In this document: positions 1 through 8,834 of the stretch, piece by piece
Numbering within the stretch: position 1 is the first letter of the stretch
How the letters are laid out: each line of letters begins with the position of its first letter
From: Alphaproteobacteria bacterium
GTDB lineage: Bacteria > Pseudomonadota > Alphaproteobacteria > UBA828
NCBI GenBank assembly: GCA_965220745.1
Contig: CBDCQT010000013.1
Location: 672,001-736,000 of the forward strand
DNA: 64,000 nucleotides
Direction of reading: 5' to 3'
Made by a program: the position numbers and the translations under genes
Notes under the pieces: model-generated
Database searches by the model: none
What the model was told of the DNA's origin: nothing
What the model saw: only the letters and a program-made list of their open reading frames with translations

Positions 1-470
1 TCGATGCCGGAGGCCACGATGTCACCGGCATCGCGGATGCCGAAGGGTTCACGGCGTCGGTCTCGGGCGACGCAGGCGCCAAAGGCGCCGGCCGCATAAG
101 CGGCGACGCTGTCGCTGCTGGCCTCGAAGCGGGATCGCTCGAGGCGGGCGCCCTGGGGACGGCCTCGCTCGCCGTGTCGGCCGATCTCCTGGTCGGGCGT
201 GCGGTGGCGGGGCCGGTATCTGCGGGCTCGGCGGAGGTCAACGGCCGTCTCGAAGCGATGTCCGCCGCCGTCACCGGCGCGCTCACCGCAGACACCTTGG
301 CCGTGGCCGGCACAGCCTCCGTCTCCGGCCCTTCCTCGGCGCAGACGCTGGCGGGAGAGATGCTGACGGCAAGCGGCACCATGCGATCAGGTCGGATCTC
401 GTCCACCGGCCTGCACGGTCCCGATGCCTCCATCGGCTCTCTCAGCGTCGGGAGCTGCGGCGGATGCTGA
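1..470 (+). CDS. PilV-like minor pilin, C-terminal part (5' end outside window)
   Basis: Frame 3 is open from base 3 (DAGGHDVTGIADAEG...), resembling DFGGNDLTGANAME of the next gene. Ala/Gly/Ser/Thr-rich beta-repeat tail ending CGGC; overlaps next gene. Confidence 0.6.
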   Translation, partial: DAGGHDVTGIADAEGFTASVSGDAGAKGAGRISGDAVAAGLEAGSLEAGALGTASLAVSADLLVGRAVAGPVSAGSAEVNGRLEAMSAAVTGALTADTLAVAGTASVSGPSSAQTLAGEMLTASGTMRSGRISSTGLHGPDASIGSLSVGSCGGC

Positions 471-1684
471 CCATGTGCGCAAGCCGCCTTGGCGGCCTCT
501 CGCAAGGTTCGAACCTTGCGCTGAATCGGCGTCATTGCCTGGGACGGAGCCTTCGGCTCAGTCGGGGGCTGAGCCGGGGACTGAGTCTCTTCGGGTCGCT
601 GCTGGCGCTGGGGCTGCTGGGCGCGATGGTGCTCGCCGTGGCGCTCTTCTTCGAGAACAGGGCCATGGACGAGCGCGCCCGCCTCGCCGCGCGCCAGCTC
701 ACCGTGCTCTCCGACGCTGCTGCGAGCCACGTCAGCGGCCGCTTCCCCGCGATGCTGACCGCCCTCGGCGGCGGCTCCTCCGAGCTCACGCTGGCCACTC
801 TTCGAAGCGCCGGCGCGTTGCCTGCCGGCTTCGCGGACGTGGGCGCCATGGGCCGGGGCTACCGGGTGCTCATGCGCGCGGCAGGCGCGGACACCATCGA
901 CCTGCTGGTGACCCAGACCGTGCCGGCGGGCGGGGCGACGCCGGGATCCACCGAGGTGCCCGCATCGGCGCTCTTCGGGGCCGGCGGCAATGCCAGGATG
1001 GGGGTGGTGCTGCCGGACATCCCTGACCGCCTGACGGGTCCGGCGGTGGACGCCGACATGTCTGCCTTCCAGGCCGCCTTCGCTGGCGCACCTCAAGCGG
1101 GTGCGCTGGCGACGCTCAGGCGTCTCGACCACCGCGCCGTCTACGGCGACCAGCTCTATCGCGTCCCGGTGCCCGGCTTCGCCGGCGCCAACCGCATGGA
1201 GACCGATCTCGACTTCGGCGGCAACGACTTGACGGGTGCGAACGCCATGGAGGCGGACACGCTTGCGCTGGAGAGCGATCTCACGGTGGGCGGCGGGCTC
1301 ACGGTGACGGCGGACCTGATGGTGGGCCGCGCGCTGAACGTCTCCGGTTCGGCCGAGGTGGCGGCCGGGGTCACGGCGCAGACCGCGCGGGTGACGGGCG
1401 CTGCGTCGGCGGGCTCGCTTGCTGTCACACACGATCTGAGGGCGGCCAGCCTGACGGCGCAGGGCGCGTTGACGGCGGGCTCGGCCGGGGTGCGCGGCAC
1501 GGTAGCGGCTGGCAGCGCCTCCCTTGCGAGCCTGCAGAGCGGCAGCGTGACGGCCCGGACGGTGACGGCGACGGAGGTTTCGGCTGCCGGCGCCACGGCG
1601 CGGGCGGTGCGGGCCACGGGGCGTGTCGACGCCGCGGAGGCCGGCTTCAGCCGCCTCACCGTCGGACGCTGCTCGGGGTGCTGA
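464..1684 (+). CDS. PilV-like type IV pilus minor pilin / tip adhesin
   Basis: Prepilin-like RG/LSLFGSLLALGLL plus hydrophobic helix; LYRVPVPG...ANRMETDLDFGGNDL matches the shufflon PilV N-terminal constant region; ends CSGC. True start may be downstream. Confidence 0.7.
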   Translation: MLTMCASRLGGLSQGSNLALNRRHCLGRSLRLSRGLSRGLSLFGSLLALGLLGAMVLAVALFFENRAMDERARLAARQLTVLSDAAASHVSGRFPAMLTALGGGSSELTLATLRSAGALPAGFADVGAMGRGYRVLMRAAGADTIDLLVTQTVPAGGATPGSTEVPASALFGAGGNARMGVVLPDIPDRLTGPAVDADMSAFQAAFAGAPQAGALATLRRLDHRAVYGDQLYRVPVPGFAGANRMETDLDFGGNDLTGANAMEADTLALESDLTVGGGLTVTADLMVGRALNVSGSAEVAAGVTAQTARVTGAASAGSLAVTHDLRAASLTAQGALTAGSAGVRGTVAAGSASLASLQSGSVTARTVTATEVSAAGATARAVRATGRVDAAEAGFSRLTVGRCSGC

Positions 1685-1697
1685 GAGGGCAAGCGCA

Positions 1698-2132
1698 ATG
1701 AAGACGAGGTTCCTGCTCCTGCCGATCGCCGCCACCCTGGCTGCCTGTCTCTGGACTTCGAGCGCCATGGCGCAGGCCGGGACGATGCCCGCGGGCTTCG
1801 GCACGCACGGGACAGAGAGGCACGCTGGTAGAGGAAATCATTCTCCTGCAGCGCAGCCTGCGGACAGCACCGCCTCCGGTTCCGCGACGGCGCTCCGGCA
1901 GCGGGCGCTCACCGCGATGGAGTCGCTGCGCGAGGAGATCGCGACGCTTTCCGCGCTGAAGAACGCGCAGGCGGCGCTGCTCTCCCTGAACCAGGCGGGT
2001 TTGGAGTCGGGTGAGATGCCCGCGACCCTCGCCGCCGCGCTCTGCGCCGAGCCCGCGCTTGGCGCGTGGTGCCCTCTGCTGCCCGCCACCTTCGGCACCT
2101 CATCCGGGGAGGACGGCCATGACCGCGACTGA
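1698..2132 (+). CDS. Secreted hypothetical protein (pilus cluster)
   Basis: Signal peptide MKTRFLLL...AMA, coiled-coil middle, lies tightly between neighbouring genes. Confidence 0.55.
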   Translation: MKTRFLLLPIAATLAACLWTSSAMAQAGTMPAGFGTHGTERHAGRGNHSPAAQPADSTASGSATALRQRALTAMESLREEIATLSALKNAQAALLSLNQAGLESGEMPATLAAALCAEPALGAWCPLLPATFGTSSGEDGHDRD

Positions 2133-3468
2133 CCTCGTTCTGATCGCCCTCGTGCTGACGGCCATGGCGGCAGTCGCCGCGGTGGACGCCCGGCGCGCGA
2201 TCGTGGACCCGCGCCTGGTGCTTGCGCTGGTGGGCGCCGGCCTGCTCTGGCGCCTGTTCGGACCGGTCGAGACCGGGCCGTTATGGACTGGCCCCGCAGG
2301 GGCCGCGCTCGGTGTCGCCGTCGTTGCCGTGCCGATCGCGCTCGCGCAGCTGTGTCGCCGGCGCTGGCCGCTCTTTCCCGGCGATGCGATGATGCTGGGC
2401 GGCCTCGGCTTCGTCCTCGGCCCTCTTGGGCTGGGCTGGTCGCTGCTGGCAGGCGCAACCCTGGCCTCCTTGTACCGCGCCTGGCTCCAGCGCCGCCGGG
2501 GCCGCTCCTTCTTCCGGGGGTACTGCCCGCTCGGGCCCGGCATGATGGCCGGCGCCATGGCGGTGTTCGTGTTCGTGAACGCCGACGGGGCGCTCGCGGC
2601 GGACGAGGCGCAGATACCGCTTCCTCCGCAGCATCCGGCCCTGCAAGACGCACCAGCCCCCACTCCCCCACTTGCGCCATCTCGCCCGGGTGCGAGCGTA
2701 GCGGCCGCCGACACACCCGAGCTCGCGGCATCGGAGCTCGCGCCGGTACGGATGCCGCTGCCGTCTTCGCTCGCCGCCAGGGCAGTCGCGATCGACGGGA
2801 CTGAGCCGCTCGCGTTGGCAGCGATCGCGGAACGCATCGCCACGCTGGCGGGCGTCCCGGTGGAGGTCGAGGAGCGGCCCGCGCGTGTCGCGGGCGGCGC
2901 CGTGCGGCTGCCCGATCCGCCGCGAGTGCGTCTCGCGTTCGAAGGGGCGCTGCCCGGCCTGCTGAACCTCGTCGCGGCGCGCGCCGGCTACGACTGGGCG
3001 TACCAGGGCGATCCCTTGGGCGAGCCTGATCCGCTGGACCAGGGCGATCCCCTGGACCGGCGAGATCTGCTGGACCGGCGTAATGCGCCGTGGGCGGAGG
3101 GCGGAATCGTGTTTTACCGCTACCACGATGTCGAGCAGCGCATGCCCGGCATGATGAGGGCCACCCCCGGAAGCCAGGGGGCGGCTGTCGGCCGCGGCGG
3201 CGATGAGGCCGCAGTCTGGCGCATCGACCGCGAGCGGCACGCGACCTTGCGCGCGGTGCTCGAAGAATGGGGCACGCTGGCAGGCTGGTCGGTGGTGTGG
3301 ACCCCCCGGCGCGACTACGCCGTGCGCGCCGATGCCGCCTTCGAGGGCAGATTCCTCGACGCCGTGGACGGACTGCTGGCGGCACCGGCGACGCGGCGCT
3401 CCCTGGTGGCGCTGGCGTATGAGCCCAACCGCCACCTGGTGATCGAGCCGGCGGGAGGCGTGCGATGA
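2119..3468 (+). CDS. A24 prepilin peptidase fused to periplasmic TcpQ/PilL-like domains
   Basis: TM region with AAVDARRAIVD, FPGDAMMLGGLG and CPLGP (A24 motifs); C-terminal TLRAVLEEWGTLAGWSVVW...DYAVRADAAFEGRFLDAV is TcpQ-like. Confidence 0.7.
   Translation: MTATDLVLIALVLTAMAAVAAVDARRAIVDPRLVLALVGAGLLWRLFGPVETGPLWTGPAGAALGVAVVAVPIALAQLCRRRWPLFPGDAMMLGGLGFVLGPLGLGWSLLAGATLASLYRAWLQRRRGRSFFRGYCPLGPGMMAGAMAVFVFVNADGALAADEAQIPLPPQHPALQDAPAPTPPLAPSRPGASVAAADTPELAASELAPVRMPLPSSLAARAVAIDGTEPLALAAIAERIATLAGVPVEVEERPARVAGGAVRLPDPPRVRLAFEGALPGLLNLVAARAGYDWAYQGDPLGEPDPLDQGDPLDRRDLLDRRNAPWAEGGIVFYRYHDVEQRMPGMMRATPGSQGAAVGRGGDEAAVWRIDRERHATLRAVLEEWGTLAGWSVVWTPRRDYAVRADAAFEGRFLDAVDGLLAAPATRRSLVALAYEPNRHLVIEPAGGVR
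3000..3089 (-). repeat. 18-bp family A array, 5 degenerate units
   Basis: GGACC recurs at 3036, 3054 and 3072; encodes YQGDPL-GEPDPL-DQGDPL-DRRDLL-DRRNAP. Confidence 0.85.
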
Positions 3469-4178
3469 GACCGCGCCATCCAGCCGTTCTCGCCGCGCTC
3501 TGCCTCGCTGTGCCTCTCGCCGGCGGCTGCGCTCCGCTGGGGCTGCAGCTCGGAATTGCCACGGAGGCGTCTCCGCCGAAGGCAAGCGAGAGCCTGAGGA
3601 CGGACCCTGCCGGGATACGGCTCGCCGAGGCGGCGGAGCGCGCGGAGGCGGCGCTGACCGCGCTGGCCATGATGCGCGCGGCAGAGATGCCGCCGCGCCC
3701 TGGCGGCATGCTGGCCGAAGCAGCAGGGAGTTCCCCTGTACCGGGAAGTTCTCCCGTGCCGGCGGAGTTGCTGCGCGCGGTGACGATCGACTGGATCGGC
3801 CCGGTCGAGACCCTGGCCGAGGCCCTCGCGCGACGCGCAGAGTACCGTTTCGTCATGGCAGGCGCGCCATCTGTGCGGCCGGTCATGGTCTCCGTCACGG
3901 TCCGGGACACGCCCCTGATAGAGGTGCTGCGGGACCTCGGCCTGCAGGCCAGCAATGCCGCGACCCTGGTCGTCGATGCGAACGGCCGCACGGTCCACCT
4001 CGACTGGACAGGGGAACACCCTGGTCCAGGGGATCACCCCGGTCCAGGGGATCACCCCGGTCCAGGGGATCACCCCGGTCCAGGGGATCACCCCGGTCCA
4101 GGGAAACACCCCGGTCCAGGGAAACACCCCGATTCAGATGAACGACCCGGTTCGGCGCCGGGGCAGGAGGGAACATGA
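3465..4178 (+). CDS. dotD: DotD/TraH-family lipoprotein
   Basis: Lipobox LAGGC; VTIDWIGPVETLAEALA..AEYRF and VLRDLGLQAS are DotD-like; first gene of the dotDCB order. Confidence 0.8.
   Translation: MRPRHPAVLAALCLAVPLAGGCAPLGLQLGIATEASPPKASESLRTDPAGIRLAEAAERAEAALTALAMMRAAEMPPRPGGMLAEAAGSSPVPGSSPVPAELLRAVTIDWIGPVETLAEALARRAEYRFVMAGAPSVRPVMVSVTVRDTPLIEVLRDLGLQASNAATLVVDANGRTVHLDWTGEHPGPGDHPGPGDHPGPGDHPGPGDHPGPGKHPGPGKHPDSDERPGSAPGQEGT
3720..3755 (-). repeat. 18-bp family A, 2 units
   Basis: gcagcagggagttcccct-gtaccgggaagttctccc, encoding GSSPVP twice. Confidence 0.75.
4011..4154 (+). repeat. 18-bp family A array, 8 units
   Basis: ggggatcaccccggtcca four times exactly, plus variants; encodes the GDHPGP tail of DotD. 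Confidence 0.95.
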
Positions 4179-5041
4179 CCCGCATGTGCATATTGCTGCT
4201 GGCCCTCGTGTGCCTCGGCGCCGATATCGCCTTCGGCGCGGACGAACCCCCGATGCTGGAAGCGCTGCTGAAAGCAGAGCCGCCGGATGGGGCGGGAATC
4301 GACGACGGCGGTCTCTCCGGAGAGATGCGCGGCTCCGCCATGCGTTTGTCTGCGCTGACCTTCGGCTCCCGCGCAGGACTGGCCCGGCGGGGCTGGGAGA
4401 TCGCCGCGATGCTGGAGCGCCATGCCCACAAGCTCTCCGCCGTCTACCGCTTCCGTGACCTGATGCTGGAGAAGGACGGCTTCACCGTGATGCCGCCGGT
4501 GCTGGCGGAGACCGACCGTGTCTTCCGGCTCGGCCGCGATGGCGCCCGCGCTGCGAGCGCACGCCGTGTCGTTCGCATCGTCGAGCCCGAGCGGATCGTG
4601 AGTGCCGTGCCGCACTGGCGCGAGTTCCTGGTGCGCGAATGGTCCGGGGCCGAGCTGCCGGCGGCGGTGCTGTTCCCCCGCAGCAGTGCCGAGGCCGCGC
4701 GCTGGCGGCGCTGGCTGCGGGAGGGATGGGAGCACGGCACCGCGCTCGTGGACGACATCTTCGCCGCCGACCTCGACCGCCTGAACCGGGTGTTCGAGGG
4801 GCTGGTGCAGTGGCGCCGGGCTTACCTGGCGGGAATGGTCTCGTCGCCTTCGCTCGAGACGGAACGCATCGCTGCGAGCGGCCACGGGCAGCTGGTGCGG
4901 ATCGGGGAGACCCTCGCGCGCCTCGGCCCGCCGGCCCGCTTCGAGCTCCGGCCCCGGCAATGGAAGGCGCTCCCCTACGCCCCTTCGGGCGGAGGCACCC
5001 CTGCGGGTGGAGGCACCCCTTCGGGTGGAGACACCCAATGA
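4175..5041 (+). CDS. dotC: DotC-family type IVB secretion protein
   Basis: ALTFGSRAGLA, VMPPVLAE, VRIVEPERIVSAVPHWREFL, FAADLDRLNRVFEG; lies between dotD and dotB. Confidence 0.8.
   Translation: MTRMCILLLALVCLGADIAFGADEPPMLEALLKAEPPDGAGIDDGGLSGEMRGSAMRLSALTFGSRAGLARRGWEIAAMLERHAHKLSAVYRFRDLMLEKDGFTVMPPVLAETDRVFRLGRDGARAASARRVVRIVEPERIVSAVPHWREFLVREWSGAELPAAVLFPRSSAEAARWRRWLREGWEHGTALVDDIFAADLDRLNRVFEGLVQWRRAYLAGMVSSPSLETERIAASGHGQLVRIGETLARLGPPARFELRPRQWKALPYAPSGGGTPAGGGTPSGGDTQ
4978..5036 (+). repeat. 18-bp family B array, 3 units
   Basis: cgccccttcgggcggagg-cacccctgcgggtggagg-caccccttcgggtggaga. Confidence 0.85.
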
Positions 5042-6243
5042 ACCGTCGCTGGGCGGACGCCGATCACGCCTTCCCGGCCGCAGGGCTGGACCGCTTCCTG
5101 CTCTGGGCCGCCGATCTCGGTGCCTCCGACATCGCCTTCCAGACCGGCTCCCCCGCCTTCATCGAGGTGGACGGCATCCTGCACCGCGCCACCGGCGCGC
5201 GCCTCGACGGCGTCGTCATGGGCAGGCTCTGCGCGCGCATCTTCGATAACGTCCCTTCCGATGGAAGCACCTCTTCGGGTGGCGGCACCGCAGACGGGAT
5301 CCTGCGCTCGGGCAAGGCCATCGACTGCTCCTATGCCGTGGCCTCCGGACCCAGGGAGTTTCGGCGCTTCCGTTGCAACCTGTCGCCGGTCCTCGCCGGG
5401 CAGCGCTTCGGCATCAACATCACCATGCGGGTACTCCCCGACAGCCCGCCCACCCTGGAGGAGCTGGGCGTCGAGCCGGAGGTCGCGGAGGCGTGGGACC
5501 TCTGCCGGGGCCTCACCCTGGTCACGGGCGTGCCGGGCTCCGGCAAGTCGACCCTGCTCGCGGCAGGGACCAGGCGGCTCCTGGAGAGCGGCGCGGGCCG
5601 CATTCAGTCCTACGAGGCGCCGATCGAGTTCGTCTTCGACGGCATCGCCGGCGACGGCGCGCTGATGTCGTCCTCGGAGGTGCCACGCCACTTCCCGAGC
5701 TTCGCCGAGGGACTGAGGTCCAGCCTGCGGCGACGACCTTCGGCTGTGATCGTGGGCGAGGCGCGGGACCGGGAGACGGTCGAGGCGGTCGTGCGGGCGG
5801 CGGACTTCGGGATCGCAGTGTTCGCGACGGCGCACACGGTTGGGGTAGCCGCCGCCATTCGTCGTCTCCTGGCGGAATTTCCGGCGGACGAGCGCCAGGA
5901 GCGCGGCGCGGCGCTGATCGACGTGATGACGCTGGCGGTGACCCAGGTGCTGCTGCCCAACCCGCAGTGCGATCTCACCCCTGCGGGTGGGCGCACCGCA
6001 ATCCGCGAGTGGCTGCGCTTCGACGGCGCGCTGAAGGCACGGCTGATGGAGGCGCCGCAGGAACGCTGGTCCGGTCTGATCGCGGAAGCCCTGCGGTGCA
6101 CGGGAAACGATCTCGCGGCTGGCGCGGAGCGGGCCTTTCGGGAAGGGCGGATCGCCGAGGCGGACAGGCGACGGCTGACGGCTGCCGCCGCAGCCGGTCC
6201 GCAAGCCGCCGAGCCCGGCACGAGAGGGAGGACATGGCAATGA
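5038..6243 (+). CDS. dotB: DotB/TraJ PilT-like ATPase
   Basis: GASDI, Walker A GVPGSGKST, YEAPIEFV, SLRRRPSAVIVGEARDRET; ATGA overlap with dotC. Confidence 0.9.
   Translation: MNRRWADADHAFPAAGLDRFLLWAADLGASDIAFQTGSPAFIEVDGILHRATGARLDGVVMGRLCARIFDNVPSDGSTSSGGGTADGILRSGKAIDCSYAVASGPREFRRFRCNLSPVLAGQRFGINITMRVLPDSPPTLEELGVEPEVAEAWDLCRGLTLVTGVPGSGKSTLLAAGTRRLLESGAGRIQSYEAPIEFVFDGIAGDGALMSSSEVPRHFPSFAEGLRSSLRRRPSAVIVGEARDRETVEAVVRAADFGIAVFATAHTVGVAAAIRRLLAEFPADERQERGAALIDVMTLAVTQVLLPNPQCDLTPAGGRTAIREWLRFDGALKARLMEAPQERWSGLIAEALRCTGNDLAAGAERAFREGRIAEADRRRLTAAAAAGPQAAEPGTRGRTWQ
5250..5289 (+). repeat. 18-bp family B, 2 units inside dotB
   Basis: cgtcccttccgatggaag-cacctcttcgggtggcgg; a further single unit at 5976-5993. 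Confidence 0.7.
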
Positions 6244-6258
6244 GAGGGGAGACGAGCA

Positions 6259-6540
6259 GTGGAATCGCCGAGCCAGGGGGTTCTCACGTGGCGCGACAGC
6301 ATGCGGCCCGTGCGCTTCTATTTCATCGACGCGCGGCTGCTGGCGCTGTTGATTGTGTGGCTGTTCGTGCCGGCGTGGTGGACGACGGCGGCGGTCGTGC
6401 TCGCGGTTGCAGCGCTCAGGATCGCGGAAGCCAGGGGCTACCGGCTGCACGCGGCGCTGAGGGCGGTACGCGCACGAGCGGCGGGCAGGCGCTCCGCGCT
6501 GCACGCCCGTCGCGTGCGCCGCTTCGTGGATTTCGGGTGA
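6259..6540 (+). CDS. icmT: IcmT/TraK-family protein
   Basis: WRDSMRPVRFYFIDAR followed by two TM helices and a basic tail. Confidence 0.8.
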   Translation: MESPSQGVLTWRDSMRPVRFYFIDARLLALLIVWLFVPAWWTTAAVVLAVAALRIAEARGYRLHAALRAVRARAAGRRSALHARRVRRFVDFG

Positions 6541-7247
6541 GTATCTCGATACCCGGTATCTCGATGCCCGGTATCCCGTTGCCCGGCATTTCGTTGCGCG
6601 GCATCCCGACCCTCGTCTCGACGCCTGTCTCATTGGCGATGTCGACGCTGGTCCCGACGGCAACGTCGATCCGTGCCTCGATATGCGCCGTCGCGATGTC
6701 CGTCTCGGCCGCGGCCATGTTCTCCCCCGCCGAAGCCGACTTCCTCTACGTGCCGCCCCGCGAAGCCTCTGCCGTGGCGGAGAGCGGGAAGGACCGCGCG
6801 CCGGCCGTCCATCGGGCGGCAACGGAAAAGAACGATCGTGCGGGCAACCGAGGCCACGGCAATCACGGAGAGACGACGACGCACATGCACGGGACCGGCG
6901 CTCACCATGCCGATGCCGAGCCACTGGAGAAGAGCGGCTCCGCGGGCCCCTGGCAGGTCCATGCCGGCGAGATGCTGCGCGAAGCGCTGGATCGCTGGGG
7001 AGAGCGCACAGGCGTCGAGGTGCTGTTCCTGACCGACCGGCGCTACCGGCTGCACGAGGGCCGCGCGTTCGAAGGCGCGTTCGACGAGGCGGCACGGGAC
7101 TTGTTCGCCGCCCTCTCCCACCTGCCGCACCCGCCCGCCGGCGAGATGAGGCCGGACGGGCGAACGCTGGCGGTCATGCATCAGGCGAGCGTGCACCAGG
7201 CAAGCCTGCATCGGGCGAGCCCGCGCGGTGCAGGAGGCAGACAATGA
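6537..7247 (+). CDS. TcpQ-domain (PilL-like) protein
   Basis: WQVHAGEMLREALDRWGERTGVEV...YRLHEGRAFEGAFDEA; start uncertain; 15-bp tandem repeats at both ends. Confidence 0.65.
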   Translation: MSISIPGISMPGIPLPGISLRGIPTLVSTPVSLAMSTLVPTATSIRASICAVAMSVSAAAMFSPAEADFLYVPPREASAVAESGKDRAPAVHRAATEKNDRAGNRGHGNHGETTTHMHGTGAHHADAEPLEKSGSAGPWQVHAGEMLREALDRWGERTGVEVLFLTDRRYRLHEGRAFEGAFDEAARDLFAALSHLPHPPAGEMRPDGRTLAVMHQASVHQASLHRASPRGAGGRQ

Positions 7248-8197
7248 GACGCGGAACGGCAGGCCTCGTGCTGGCGTCGGGGCTTCTGATCGCAACGCTG
7301 TCGGCGGCACATTCGGGCAATGCGCACGATGCGGCCCAGACGGATGCCGGGAACGACGTGCCTGTGGTGTCTGCGCTCCGCGCCAACGGCGCGCACATCC
7401 TGACCCTGGGCGAACGGGGCGGGCTCCAGGGGCACTTCGTGGAGCTTGCCAATGGCGACGCCTACGGCCTCTACGTCACGCCCGACGGCCATGCCGTTAC
7501 CGGCCTCCTCTACGGACCCGACGGCACACTGCTCACGGGCCGCCAGATCGAGGCGGCGGGCGGGGAGAGAGGCGCGGCCGCCGAGACGCTGGCGGCGCAC
7601 GGTGCAAGGCGTGCCGCCCGCGATAGCGAGGTCTCCTCCGTCAACTGGAGGTCCGGCGCGGAGGAAACCGCGGGCGGCGCGGGCGGCTTCGCCGACGCAT
7701 ACACCTCCGGTCGCAACGTATCCGCCGTCGAAGCGCTGGACGAGGGCGATCCCCTGGACCGGGACGATGTCTTGTTCCGGCGCGCGGCCTTCGCGTTCGG
7801 CTTCAGCCTCGGGCACACCGGCCCGTTGGCGGTGGTGTTTGCCGATCCGGGCTGCCGCTGGTCGCGCTCGGCGGTGGCACGGCTCGCCCGGCTTGCGCTC
7901 GACGGGCGCCTGAGGCTGCACGCCGTCCCGGTCGGGGTGCTGGGCTCGGCGTCGGCCCGCGAGGCTGCCGCCATCGCCTCCGCCGGCGATCCCGCAATGG
8001 CCTGGTTCGAGGGAGCCGCCGGGCCGGCGAGCCCGGAGGGCGGGCGGCGGATCGCGCGCAACAACGCGCTCTTCGATGCGTGGGGAGCCGGCGCGGTGCC
8101 CCTGATCGCCTGGCGCACTGCCGAAGGCCGTGTCGCCCACAGCCTCGGCGACATCGACGATCTCGATGCCTGGCTGGAGACCCTTCCCCATGAGTGA
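7244..8197 (+). CDS. DsbG/TrbB-like periplasmic thioredoxin-fold protein
   Basis: Signal peptide; LYVTPDGHAVTGLLY; VFADPGCRWS (CxxS); VPVGVLG; GAVP cis-Pro loop. Confidence 0.75.
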   Translation: MRRGTAGLVLASGLLIATLSAAHSGNAHDAAQTDAGNDVPVVSALRANGAHILTLGERGGLQGHFVELANGDAYGLYVTPDGHAVTGLLYGPDGTLLTGRQIEAAGGERGAAAETLAAHGARRAARDSEVSSVNWRSGAEETAGGAGGFADAYTSGRNVSAVEALDEGDPLDRDDVLFRRAAFAFGFSLGHTGPLAVVFADPGCRWSRSAVARLARLALDGRLRLHAVPVGVLGSASAREAAAIASAGDPAMAWFEGAAGPASPEGGRRIARNNALFDAWGAGAVPLIAWRTAEGRVAHSLGDIDDLDAWLETLPHE

Positions 8198-8834
8198 GCG
8201 CAAGCGCGCCATCGCTCAGGCGGTCAACCGCTTCGCCTTCCACCGCGACCAGCACCACAGCTGGCGCAGGGCTGCCGCCTGGCTCCTGCTCTGCAACGCG
8301 CTGACCGTCGCTGCCCTCGCCGGCTACATCGCGCTGCACTCCACCGTCTACATCACCGTGGCCGCCACGCCGGACGGCAGGCTGGTGCCGCTGACGCCGC
8401 TCGACGATCCCATCATGTCCGACGCGGCGCTCAGGAACTGGACGGTCTCAGCGGTGACCGAGGCCTTCACCCTCGGACACCACGACTGGCGCCTGCGTCT
8501 CGCATCGGTGCGCGAGAGCTTCACCGACGAGGGCTACGAGTCCTTCCTGAAGGGGCTGGACGAGAGCCTGTTCCTGGACCGGCTGAGGGACAACCTGCAG
8601 GTGGCCTCTGCCGTGGCGCAGGGCGCGCCGGTGGTGACGGAGACCCGCTACTTCGAGGGCCGTCTCGGCTGGGCCATCGAGTTCCCGCTCCTGGTGACCT
8701 TCGCGGCGGGCGCCCGGAGCGTGAGCCAGGACCTGCTTGCGCGGGTGCTGGTGCTGCGGGTGCCGCTCTCGGAGCGCCCTGCGGGCATCGGCATCGCGCA
8801 GCTGATCGCCGACAAGAGGAGGCCGTCGCAATGA
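8190..8834 (+). CDS. dotI: DotI/IcmL (TraM-like) protein
   Basis: TM helix, then ATPDGRLVPLTPLDDP..SDAALRNW, FTDEGYESFLKGLDES, WAIEFPL. Confidence 0.85.
   Translation: MSERKRAIAQAVNRFAFHRDQHHSWRRAAAWLLLCNALTVAALAGYIALHSTVYITVAATPDGRLVPLTPLDDPIMSDAALRNWTVSAVTEAFTLGHHDWRLRLASVRESFTDEGYESFLKGLDESLFLDRLRDNLQVASAVAQGAPVVTETRYFEGRLGWAIEFPLLVTFAAGARSVSQDLLARVLVLRVPLSERPAGIGIAQLIADKRRPSQ

Noticed and set aside
464-1684. Shufflon
   Set aside because: No sfx repeats, alternative C-terminal cassettes or adjacent Rci recombinase seen.
4011-4154. CRISPR array (GGGGAACAC / GTGTTCCCC recalls type I-E repeat ends)
   Set aside because: Units are contiguous 18-mers with no spacers, lie inside ORFs, and no cas genes are present; a 9-nt match in GC-rich DNA is weak.
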